Source: a candidate division Kazan bacterium RIFCSPHIGHO2_01_FULL_44_14 (GTDB lineage Bacteria > Patescibacteriota > Kazan-3B-28). Taken from it: a stretch of 64,000 nt of DNA. Shown piece after piece: positions 1-8,859 of the stretch. Numbering within the stretch: position 1 is the first letter of the stretch; each line of letters opens with the position of its first letter. Where the stretch lies: contig METB01000001.1 in assembly GCA_001771185.1 (NCBI GenBank), forward strand, positions 310,848 through 374,847, read 5' to 3'. The translations under genes and the position numbers were made by a program. The notes below the pieces were generated by a model. The model was not told where the DNA came from. It made no database searches and saw only the letters and a list, made by a program, of their open reading frames with translations.

Positions 1-219
1 CTCAATCCGTTCGCGAATTTTGCTGGCCTCATCCCGGGCGGTCAGTACAATTTCTTTTTCTTTTTGTTCGGCTTGGACCAATTTTTCTTTGGCTCGACCT
101 AAAATTTTGTCCGCTTCCTGCTCGGCATTGTTGACCTTCTGTTTGGTCGCAGTGGTTTTCCACCAGTACCCTAAACCAGCGCCAACTATGGCCGCCAGGA
201 CAATTTCAACAATATTCAT
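1..219 (-). CDS. rny: Ribonuclease Y, N-terminal part. The 5' end is complete; the gene continues beyond the window start.
   Basis: The minus-strand translation starts MNIVEIVLAAIVGAGLGYWWKTTATKQKVNNAEQEADKILGRAKEKLVQAEQKEKEIVLTARDEASKIREGIE, an N-terminal TM helix followed by a K/E-rich coiled coil, which is typical of RNase Y. A GGAGGA RBS lies 7 nt upstream of the ATG at 217-219. Confidence 0.6.
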   Translation of the reverse strand, partial: MNIVEIVLAAIVGAGLGYWWKTTATKQKVNNAEQEADKILGRAKEKLVQAEQKEKEIVLTARDEASKIRERIE

Positions 220-607
220 AAATCCTCCGTGCGCTACACCAGGAACACACCACTACGCCCCTTAACCAGAGCATACTGTTTTGAACGAATAACCTACCCG
301 TCTAGAATAGCCAACCCAAGCTCGTGATTTCGAGCACCGGGCGAAGCACATCAATAAAGGTGATGAGCGGGTATCCCAACAAGGGGAGAAGTAGGGCCAT
401 GACCTGATAATTTTATTAATATGGGGGCTGGATTACCACCCAAAACTGCCTTCAGCCATACTCAATTTACGCTCAATTTGAAGGGAGGTCAAACTTGGGA
501 AATCTAGACAATTTATCCAATCTGAACAATCTAACCAATTTAGACAATAAATCTCATTCCACAACCTATCACTTTTAACTTTTCACTACTCCGGGCATAC
601 TTATGTC

Positions 608-2533
608 ATGTGGGGGAAAGTTTTGTGTTGGATAATAGTAACTGGACTCGGACTGGGTCTGGTTCAATTTGTGTCAGCGGAAGGAGAGAGTCCGAGCGTG
701 ATTATCAATGAAGTGGCGTGGGCAGGAAGTACAAAGTCCAATGACGATGAGTGGATTGAACTGAAAAATACCACTGATGCACCCGTGAATATTAGTGACT
801 GGAAAATTACCCGGGCCAATAGCATTACCGATGGTAATACCATCGCAACCTTCGGGGAAGGCGTTACGATCCCAAGTGGTGGGTTTTTGTTAATTAGCCA
901 CTTTAGCCAAGACGATCAGGACAATTCAGTACTTAATGCCGAAAGCGTTGTGGTAGAGGACAAGATGTTGTTGGCGGATAGCAATTTACGACTTCGATTG
1001 TGGCAACCAGGCATTGAAACGCGCATTGATGAATTAACTAATATTACTCAAAGCGGTTACGACAAAGAGAATAAAATTACTACTGAACGGACTTCGGATG
1101 TGACTGGCTGGCAAAGTAGCACCCGTGCTAATCACCCTAATTTCGATATTGGCGTAACCGACCTCGGTACACCCAGTGCTGAAAATTCCACCATCACCGA
1201 GCCACCAACACTCGCATCAATTACTCCCAACACAGTAACGCAAGGCGAAGCGCTGGAAGTCGAAAACATTGTCGGAACTAACTTCAGCACAGAATCACTA
1301 CCAACTTTACAACTGGTTCGGGGTAACCTCACTATCAACGGAACCGATATCAATGTTGTAAATAGTACGCTGATTGACCGCGCAGAATTTTCTACTGCCG
1401 GCGGTACGGAAGTAGGGATGTGGAATTTGACTCTGACTAACCCCGATGGCAAAATCGCAACCCTACCAAACGCAGTGGAGGTCTTAGCCCCCGAACCAGA
1501 ATTTGATTTAGGGACTACTGTTCGCATCAACGAAATTTATCCTCATCCAAATACAACCAGTAATGATGAATTTATCGAACTGTACAACTCGGGCGACCGA
1601 GCAATCAACTTACTTAGCTGGCGACTCGACGATATTCCTGAAGGCGGCTCAGCGCCATATACTTTTGAAAATGTAAATATCGGGGCCAAAGGGTTTTTGG
1701 TGATATACAAACCGCAAAGCAAATTAACATTGAATGACAATGGCGATTCGGTCTATTTAATCCAGCCCGATAATTTTGTATTGGACCAAGTTGATTATGA
1801 CAACGCTGGAATCGGTCAGACCTTGTCACGATTTACAAGTGGTTGGAAATGGACCACCACTCCCACACCCAACGGTGCTAATGTTTTGAGCGAACCCGTG
1901 GACGATACACAGCCCAACGAACCACCATTAGAACCGGACGATGAACCGATTACTCCAACCTACCAATCTAAGGATTTAGAACTAACCGAATTACTTCCCA
2001 ACCCAAACTCGTCCGACGAGTTTATTGAATTATTCAATCCCGGCACGAGTGCCATCAATTTGACCGATTGGCAACTAAAAGATGCTTCCGGTAAAAAATA
2101 TACAATTGGAGATTTTGAGGTGACCGTCCAAGCCAATGGTCTGCTCATCCAGCCACAGCAGTATGTGGTGATTACTCAAACCATGTCCAAAATTGCGTTA
2201 AATAATTCTGGCGGAGAGACGGTAACACTACTAGACCCTAGTGGGCAAATAGTCGACAGCGCGTCCTATCCCGACAAAGCACCAGTGGGTGCATCTTACG
2301 CATTGATAACGGCTGGACTTTGGACTTGGGTACCAACCCCAACTCCAGGGCAGGCCAACTTGGTTACACTATCCGAAGACATGCCCACTCCAACCATTGA
2401 AGTAGTATCTACTCTTCCTGACACATTACCGGTTACTGGTGGTTCGGCTCGACGCTGGCTAGGTGTGTTACTGGTAAGTTTTGCATTGGCAGGCGTGGTA
2501 TTCTGGGAACGCAGGAAGAAACTTTTGCATTAG
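608..2533 (+). CDS. LPXTG-anchored cell-surface protein with three lamin-tail-domain (LTD) repeats.
   Basis: There is an N-terminal signal peptide. Three LTD-like segments are present (INEVAWAGSTKSNDDEWIELKN..DWKI; INEIYPHPNTTSNDEFIELYN..SWRLDD; LTELLPNPNSSDEFIELFN..DWQLKD). The C-terminus reads LPVTGG, then a hydrophobic stretch, then an RRKK tail, which is a sortase sorting signal. Confidence 0.7.
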   Translation: MWGKVLCWIIVTGLGLGLVQFVSAEGESPSVIINEVAWAGSTKSNDDEWIELKNTTDAPVNISDWKITRANSITDGNTIATFGEGVTIPSGGFLLISHFSQDDQDNSVLNAESVVVEDKMLLADSNLRLRLWQPGIETRIDELTNITQSGYDKENKITTERTSDVTGWQSSTRANHPNFDIGVTDLGTPSAENSTITEPPTLASITPNTVTQGEALEVENIVGTNFSTESLPTLQLVRGNLTINGTDINVVNSTLIDRAEFSTAGGTEVGMWNLTLTNPDGKIATLPNAVEVLAPEPEFDLGTTVRINEIYPHPNTTSNDEFIELYNSGDRAINLLSWRLDDIPEGGSAPYTFENVNIGAKGFLVIYKPQSKLTLNDNGDSVYLIQPDNFVLDQVDYDNAGIGQTLSRFTSGWKWTTTPTPNGANVLSEPVDDTQPNEPPLEPDDEPITPTYQSKDLELTELLPNPNSSDEFIELFNPGTSAINLTDWQLKDASGKKYTIGDFEVTVQANGLLIQPQQYVVITQTMSKIALNNSGGETVTLLDPSGQIVDSASYPDKAPVGASYALITAGLWTWVPTPTPGQANLVTLSEDMPTPTIEVVSTLPDTLPVTGGSARRWLGVLLVSFALAGVVFWERRKKLLH

Positions 2534-2698
2534 ATTTCCAGTCATGCTGAACTTGTTTCAGCATCCAAATCCTGAATCCCCTCGGTACACTCGAGACATT
2601 GTAAATTCAGGATGACCGTGCAAAAGATAGTGAACAGTCCTCCTTCGTTCTGCTGGACAGCAGAACTACGGAAGGACCTACAGTGAAAAGTTATAGTT

Positions 2699-2809
2699 GT
2701 CATTCCGAGTGACCCCGAGTGTAGCCGAGGGGAATCGAGGAATCTAGTCCCGGCTAGCCGGGACGGCTCCGCCTAGATCCTTCGACTCGCTTCGCTCACT
2801 CAGGATGAC
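2699..2809. repeat. MITE-like palindromic element with GTCATTCCGAGTGA...TCACTCAGGATGAC terminal inverted repeats and an internal GTCCCGGCTAGCCGGGAC palindrome.
   Basis: The 14-bp inverted arms and the internal palindrome were read directly. Related arms occur at 3879-3919, 55623-55689, 58804-58814 and 63593-63647. Confidence 0.6.
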
Positions 2810-2878
2810 AAAAAGAAGGGCTGGATCAGGATGACAAAAAGGAGGACTTACTTAAGATGACAGAATAAAAGAATACCA

Positions 2879-3325
2879 ATGGAGATTAAAGTCACAACCA
2901 ACAATTTATCTGCCACCCAAACACTAGGGGAATTGATTGGCAAGAATTTAAAGGGCGATGAGACCTTCGCCCTGGTTGCTGAACTCGGTGGTGGCAAAAC
3001 CTCATTCACCCAAGGACTGGCTCGCGGGTTGGGTATCAAAAAAATTGTGATTAGTCCGACTTTTGTATTGGAGCGAATTTATAAAAGCCGACATCCGCTC
3101 CATCATTTCGACATGTATCGAATCGAGGCCAGCGATGCCGATTCGACTGGGCTGTTGGATATTTTGGGCGAAGCGGTCGTGGTAGTGGAGTGGGCCGAAA
3201 AAATAAAGTCGCAGTTGCCAGACGATACTATTTGGGTAACCATCAAAGTGATGGGGGAGAACGAACGAGAGTTTATATTTGAGTATCCTGAAAATCGAAA
3301 TTATGCCTTCAAAAATGTTAAGTAA
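2879..3325 (+). CDS. tsaE: tRNA threonylcarbamoyladenosine biosynthesis ATPase TsaE (YjeE).
   Basis: It has a P-loop (AELGGGKTSFTQGLARGLG) and SPTFVL, with length and architecture typical of YjeE/TsaE. It is immediately followed by tsaB. Confidence 0.75.
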   Translation: MEIKVTTNNLSATQTLGELIGKNLKGDETFALVAELGGGKTSFTQGLARGLGIKKIVISPTFVLERIYKSRHPLHHFDMYRIEASDADSTGLLDILGEAVVVVEWAEKIKSQLPDDTIWVTIKVMGENEREFIFEYPENRNYAFKNVK

Positions 3326-3980
3326 TATTTTAGGAATCGATACTAGCCACGATGAAACCGTTATTGGATTGAACGGCAAGATTGTGGCGTGGAAATCGGT
3401 TCGCAACCAGTCCAAAGAATTACTGCCAAAAATTGACAAACTGCTTTCACAGCAGAAAATCAAGCCGAATAAATTAAAAGGTGTAGTGGTAAACATTGGC
3501 CCTGGTTCGTTCACCGGACTTAGGGTCGGAGTAACAGTCGCCAATGGTTTTGGCTATGGTCTGAAAATTCCGGTGGTGGGAATTAGTGAGTTTGAAGCAA
3601 TAAAAACTTTCTATCCCAAAATAGACATTATTGTACTGGATGCCAAGCGGGGAGAGTTATTTATTCAGGCCAGGAAGTCAGCACCGAAATTAATCACTGC
3701 CGATAAACTTGGCGAGCTGATTAAAATCGGCACCCAAATTTATGTTGACGATTACCGACTCATTCCCATCATCCATGAGCAATTGAAAAAAGCCGGGACG
3801 ATTTACATCCCTGGCCTCACCCGCCAACAAAAAATGACAGCCATGATGGAGACAGCGGGTAAGCGGAATCAGAGATTCCTAGATCCTTCAACTCCGCTTC
3901 GCTCCACTCGGGATGACAATAAATTGTCAGTTTTGCCACTATATCTCCGTGGAGCCAATATCACACGAAAGAAAATCTAA
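3303..3980 (+). CDS. tsaB: tRNA threonylcarbamoyladenosine biosynthesis protein TsaB (YeaZ). The last ~30 codons derive from a repeat element.
   Basis: The N-terminus reads LGIDTSHDETVIGL...GPGSFTGLRVGVTVANGFGYG, the YeaZ/Kae1-family fold. Start chosen at the ATG at 3303 downstream of the tsaE overlap (an alternative ATG lies at 3315). Confidence 0.7.
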   Translation: MPSKMLSNILGIDTSHDETVIGLNGKIVAWKSVRNQSKELLPKIDKLLSQQKIKPNKLKGVVVNIGPGSFTGLRVGVTVANGFGYGLKIPVVGISEFEAIKTFYPKIDIIVLDAKRGELFIQARKSAPKLITADKLGELIKIGTQIYVDDYRLIPIIHEQLKKAGTIYIPGLTRQQKMTAMMETAGKRNQRFLDPSTPLRSTRDDNKLSVLPLYLRGANITRKKI

Positions 3981-4097
3981 CCAATCTAATCAATTTAATC
4001 CAATCTAATCAAAAATACGGACTGAGTCCTTCTCTGGATTGGTGAGATTGGTAGAGATTGAATAATTGGATAAATTACAGTTGCCTCGGGCAACTGT

Positions 4098-4388
4098 TTA
4101 AAATCCCATCAAAAACATCTTCTCGCCTTTGGCAAACCTTAATGCAGGCGAGGTTTCGAGAGCAGTATTACGGAAGTTTTCCGGACTATTTAAAATTGTT
4201 TGAGCGTAGTCGGTCGGGGAAATGACTGGAACGGGGGCTTGAACAACCACCGACGCCTCGGTTTTTTGTAACTGTCCATTAATCTCTTGACTAAACCACA
4301 CCACACTAGCTAATAAAATATAGCCGAGCACCAGTATCCCAAACATGCCGAGAGTTAAAAATCCAAAATGACGGCGAGAATGTTTCAT
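4098..4388 (-). CDS. Small membrane-anchored protein, translationally coupled (TAATG) to the upstream giant gene.
   Basis: There is an N-terminal TM helix (FGFLTLGMFGILVLGYILLASVVWF). Its start codon overlaps the stop of the 1485-aa ORF. Confidence 0.5.
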   Translation of the reverse strand: MKHSRRHFGFLTLGMFGILVLGYILLASVVWFSQEINGQLQKTEASVVVQAPVPVISPTDYAQTILNSPENFRNTALETSPALRFAKGEKMFLMGF

Positions 4389-7300
4389 TAGATTTTATTC
4401 AGTCCTTCTTTAACCATGTCCGACAAAGAGTTAATAAAATACTCCTGGTCATCAAAATAGAGCGATTTTTGAATATTGACACCTGGGACATTACCTGGGT
4501 AGGAATAATTTTTGCTGATTGCAAATGACACAAATCGGTCTGTCCGTCCACCAAGATAAACGACATTAAATTCAACTTTGGCATCATCGGCTGTTCCCGA
4601 CCAAACTAGGTCGAAATAGGATCGATTGTAAATATTATCAGTACCACCACTAGTCGCGGAAGTAACTTTTCCGTTTTGGCTAATTCGAACGCTGGTTGGA
4701 TTTAAATTCAGACCAAGTTGAACCGGAGGTAATTTTGGCCAACCCAATTTGGCCGACCGCTTGGCAGATTCAGTCGCTAAACTTAATGTCACATGTAATG
4801 ACTTGGCCGAACTGGTCGGCATCCGAGTTTGGCTAAACACCAAACTGCCGCTACCATATAAATTAGTCCCTTCGGCAGCATAACCACTTGAAAGCTGCTC
4901 GGAAGTTTTTGGTCGAGTGTCAGCAGAGGTTTGGTCGGCGTAATACAGCGAAATTTGTGAGGCCGGACTAACCGCACTTCCAGTTGCGCCGTTGATACTG
5001 ATTGACTCGAATCGATTAGGCCGTCCGCCAAGATAGACCACGGCATATTTTGCGCTGCCGACTACTAGCGGAAGATTGTGTTGCTGACTATATGTCCCGT
5101 CTGGATTTTGTTGGAAAATCAGCAAACCAGGGACAGCATATTGACCATTAGTGCCTCCAGTTACCAGCGGGGTTGCGTCACTAGGTAAGCCGTACTTGGG
5201 GACAATTACCTTTAGATCATTAATAATCTTAGTAATTTTTGGTTTATAGATGGTTTCATATTCATCGGCTGACACATATATATACAAGTTTTGTTTCTTT
5301 ACTGGCCCACTCCAAGGGTCTGCGGGGTCAGACTGTGTGCGCTCGATTCGCGAAGACCAAACCGAGAAGGTGGTTGGTGGATTTATCACGAGAGCAGGGT
5401 TAACTATTACTGAACTATTTGGATATGTCTCTGCCTCACGCAAAGTAATTGGTTTGATAAATGCCTGTCCACTACTGTCCACTACTTTAGCATCGATATA
5501 CACCGGCGTACCGTCAGTTGGAATGGAGTTAGCACTAGCACTAATCAGAATCTTATTGCCATAAGAGTCGGCTTTAACTGAATTAAGCGGTGCAATTTTG
5601 TCAGATAAAATTTCATTATTGGCACCGGGCTGTTGACCACTTGGCGTGGCTGGCTGACCGATCCCAGCAGATGGCGGAGTATAATCATTTCCGCTAATAC
5701 AAGCCATCTTATCGCCCCGTTTTACATCAGTGCTTTTGGTAAATTTCCAAGCGTCATAAAGTGAATCGAAATATGGGATTAATATATTGGCAGTATCGCC
5801 AGAGAATTCATCAATGTAGTCGTTGGCTTCTTGTTGGTTGATTTTGGATGCCGCCATCGTATCTAAAAACCCTTGCATAAAGGCCGAAGCGCCGAAGAAT
5901 GCTCCCCAAACACCAGTAAAAAGTGGTAAACCAAGAAAAACTGCCGGATTGGATATCATTGCCTGAATCACCGCCAATGAAGATCCACCCGCGATATCAG
6001 CATCAAGATCAATTGGCAGACCGTCTGGGCCAGTAGGTGCGCCGACCCAGATGCTAGGATCGGTTGCACCATATAATTTCCCGCGTCCACCCAAGAACAA
6101 GATACCGTCCTCCAATCTAGTCGCAGTGGCATAGACCGGAACCGGTTGATCACTGAGCGCCGGGACTTCACAATAACCATTCTGACTAAAATATTGATCA
6201 GTTTTCCCAGACAGTTGATTATATCTAGCCGCATAGGGGTTCAGGAGCCAATCCGGTAGGGGATTACCATTATGATCTACCTTGATTGTGGCAACTTTTA
6301 CTCCCGCTTTTTCTTCTTTAAAAATACCGGCCTTTCTGGCAGTGGCTGTCCATTGGAAAATAGACAGTGGCTCCCATGTATTTTCATCTAAGTCATAAAC
6401 GAACATCCCGTTATTTGGGCTAGTCAAAATATACTGGTTTTTCTCCCAGCGCGTACTGGTTGTAAGCGTACTCTGAAATGGCGTAGCGGCGGCGCTATAA
6501 GCATCTAACAATGTATTCGCATAAGAAAACAATCCAATTCGCGTCAACCGATCCCACAATGATAACCCCTTTTTAGTGGCCACGTCCTGTGTTTCTTGGT
6601 CAGACAAAGTTTTGTCTAGCTTATTTTCAAGCGTTTCCTTGAAGTCATCATGAAGTGGCCCAACTACAGCTGGCGTGTCCACTTTTTCCATTTGTCCAGT
6701 CACTACGTTATAAATATCAAACGGAGCGATATTATCATCTCGCCATTCCGAAACTATCTTCCTATCAATATTAGAGATGGATAACCATTCCAAAATAGTC
6801 GCTGGTCGGCCAATAATCGCTCCAATATCAGCATTTGATAAATGCTCCTCTTGTTTGAGATGCTGAATAAAGAAAAACCAATCAAGCTCATCAACCCTAG
6901 AGTAGAACTCTCCGCCAACCAAATAAACTTTTTGAGGTTGATTTTTGTTGTCATATTGAATCAACGGCACCATCCCTTGACCTCGAGGGTAGCGTAGTTC
7001 TCCTTGAGCAGTAAAGGTATCCTTAAATCCATCATAGATAACTACACTAGTCAGCTGTCCGCCAGTAAGCAAGACCTGACCATCGGTTAAAGGGACGGCC
7101 ACCAAATTAGCATCGGTACTGATTGGCTCTGACAATGGCTCAAACCGACCAGTTGTAAGATTAAGAATTTCTCCATCTTGTAAATAATAACTTTGTGATA
7201 AATAGCCAGGGCTACCACGCCAATCAGCAATCGCCTTAATAATGCGTTCTTTGATTGAACCGAGAAAGTTAGTTGGTTGGATTTTTCCCGAATCCGACCT

Positions 7301-8845
7301 CTCGTCGGTACTAAAATTAGGAAGATAGATCTGTTGCTTGTCATATGTAACACTAAATAGCCAACCGCCAAGTTTAACCCCAGAATAAGCCCCCGGCGGT
7401 CTAGTAAATGAGAATCGAGCATAGTTATACAACTCTCGAAGTTTGGTCAAGACATCGGGTGAAGTAGAAGTATTAGAATTCCCGTTGGTTGGACGTACTG
7501 AAGTCGGCGCGTCTTGACTGAGCGGCGCGCCAAAGGTATTCCCGTCAATATTAATAACGTTTGTGTCGGGAGTGCTTGAGGTAGTTCCGCCACGGCGTTT
7601 CACGAATTCCATCGTCCGTACCGTGCGATTGCCCCAAGAAATTTGGACATCAATGCCGATAGCATTGCGAAACTCGAAATCCTCATCTCCGGCTATCCCA
7701 ATGTAATAGGTGTAACTAAATGGATAACTCGGATAGAGAGTAGCTTCAACTTGATATGTCCGCCCTAAAATATCACGCTGTTCAACGTTTGACAAATCCT
7801 GTTCTACGAAAGTCCCGCTGGTCAGCCGCAAAAATCGTCCACCCCCCTGGATAGTCAACGTCATGTGAGCACGAGCCGGAGGCGCTAACCCTTCCACTTC
7901 TGGAGTAGAGACCTTTACTCGCAAAGCAGCTCTCTCACCAACTCCAATTGTTCGCGGAGATACACTTGTTTCCACTTCGATAATCCCATCGCCGGTGGTT
8001 TTTTGTTGAAGGAAGTTGTAAGAAGGAGCTGCGCCAGAAAAATGTTGAGTCATTGTGCTATCAGGCTGTTCAGGATCATGACTCCAAAACGATTCTGTTT
8101 CGCCACCTAAAATTAGAACCTTGTCAGTCCCTGGAACTAAAACTGCTTGATGTCCCTTCCTGCCCGTGAACATATTGGCCAGATATCCAGATCTAATATC
8201 GTCGCCATCATAAACTCCGGTATTTTTAAAATAATCTTTCAACCAAACAAACTTGCGTTCTTTGACCATGAATACTTCGCCTGTATAAGTATTCTCATGG
8301 AGCAACCCTAAGCCCCATACTGCCTTAAACGGTATCGGGCTATCTGTCACTATTTCACCACCCAAAAGTAAAACATTCCCATCCGGCAGAAGTGTGGCGG
8401 TGTGAAATGCTCGCGGTAGGCGCATATTATCAGTTGGCGTAACAAACTCGTCTTCAGGAGTGTAGATGAACGCGTGAGAAGTAGCCCTACCTTTAGATTC
8501 TATCCCGCCAGCAATTAATACCCGACCATCTCGCAGAGTAGTGGCAGTATGCCCGTATTTTTTGTGTGTTCCCAAATAATCTTGCAACTCGCCAGCTTCA
8601 TGGGGGACAGCTGCTTCTCCGGTAAGAGCTTGCTGTGACTTCTCAGATAGAGTAACTTGACCTTCACTATAAACTAAAAATCTGCCAGGATAATCATCCC
8701 CGCGCCAACCGGCCCCGACTCGTTTAAGTGAATAATTGGTGCTAAATTCCCCGACCGTATCGGCCAACGCCGGCAACGGCGAACTACCACAGAGGACTGC
8801 GATGGTTATAAGCCAGAGAATTATTTTTTGTGTTTGTTTTTGCAT
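4388..8845 (-). CDS. Giant secreted protein (1485 aa) with Kelch/beta-propeller-like repeats.
   Basis: It has a signal peptide (MQKQTQKIILWLITIAVLCGSSPLPALA). It contains repeated Kelch-like motifs: GHTATTLRDGRVLIAGG, FHTATLLPDGNVLLLGG, GHQAVLVPGTDKVLILGG, VPLTDGQVLLTGG and TRLEDGILFLGG. It is one long uninterrupted ORF. Confidence 0.65.
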   Translation of the reverse strand: MQKQTQKIILWLITIAVLCGSSPLPALADTVGEFSTNYSLKRVGAGWRGDDYPGRFLVYSEGQVTLSEKSQQALTGEAAVPHEAGELQDYLGTHKKYGHTATTLRDGRVLIAGGIESKGRATSHAFIYTPEDEFVTPTDNMRLPRAFHTATLLPDGNVLLLGGEIVTDSPIPFKAVWGLGLLHENTYTGEVFMVKERKFVWLKDYFKNTGVYDGDDIRSGYLANMFTGRKGHQAVLVPGTDKVLILGGETESFWSHDPEQPDSTMTQHFSGAAPSYNFLQQKTTGDGIIEVETSVSPRTIGVGERAALRVKVSTPEVEGLAPPARAHMTLTIQGGGRFLRLTSGTFVEQDLSNVEQRDILGRTYQVEATLYPSYPFSYTYYIGIAGDEDFEFRNAIGIDVQISWGNRTVRTMEFVKRRGGTTSSTPDTNVINIDGNTFGAPLSQDAPTSVRPTNGNSNTSTSPDVLTKLRELYNYARFSFTRPPGAYSGVKLGGWLFSVTYDKQQIYLPNFSTDERSDSGKIQPTNFLGSIKERIIKAIADWRGSPGYLSQSYYLQDGEILNLTTGRFEPLSEPISTDANLVAVPLTDGQVLLTGGQLTSVVIYDGFKDTFTAQGELRYPRGQGMVPLIQYDNKNQPQKVYLVGGEFYSRVDELDWFFFIQHLKQEEHLSNADIGAIIGRPATILEWLSISNIDRKIVSEWRDDNIAPFDIYNVVTGQMEKVDTPAVVGPLHDDFKETLENKLDKTLSDQETQDVATKKGLSLWDRLTRIGLFSYANTLLDAYSAAATPFQSTLTTSTRWEKNQYILTSPNNGMFVYDLDENTWEPLSIFQWTATARKAGIFKEEKAGVKVATIKVDHNGNPLPDWLLNPYAARYNQLSGKTDQYFSQNGYCEVPALSDQPVPVYATATRLEDGILFLGGRGKLYGATDPSIWVGAPTGPDGLPIDLDADIAGGSSLAVIQAMISNPAVFLGLPLFTGVWGAFFGASAFMQGFLDTMAASKINQQEANDYIDEFSGDTANILIPYFDSLYDAWKFTKSTDVKRGDKMACISGNDYTPPSAGIGQPATPSGQQPGANNEILSDKIAPLNSVKADSYGNKILISASANSIPTDGTPVYIDAKVVDSSGQAFIKPITLREAETYPNSSVIVNPALVINPPTTFSVWSSRIERTQSDPADPWSGPVKKQNLYIYVSADEYETIYKPKITKIINDLKVIVPKYGLPSDATPLVTGGTNGQYAVPGLLIFQQNPDGTYSQQHNLPLVVGSAKYAVVYLGGRPNRFESISINGATGSAVSPASQISLYYADQTSADTRPKTSEQLSSGYAAEGTNLYGSGSLVFSQTRMPTSSAKSLHVTLSLATESAKRSAKLGWPKLPPVQLGLNLNPTSVRISQNGKVTSATSGGTDNIYNRSYFDLVWSGTADDAKVEFNVVYLGGRTDRFVSFAISKNYSYPGNVPGVNIQKSLYFDDQEYFINSLSDMVKEGLNKI

Positions 8846-8859
8846 GTTGGAAAAAGTGT

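Noticed and set aside
20-265. 81-aa plus-strand ORF at the window start.
   Set aside because: It is antisense to a convincing RNase Y N-terminus with a GGAGGA RBS on the minus strand. Its composition is low-complexity (S/A/L-rich).
2790-2870. Tandem GGATGACAAAAAG(A/G)AGG units considered as a CRISPR-like array or riboswitch.
   Set aside because: There are only three short copies with no spacer-like unique segments. They are contiguous with the MITE-like element's right arm, so they are more likely repeat-element debris or RBS-like duplications.
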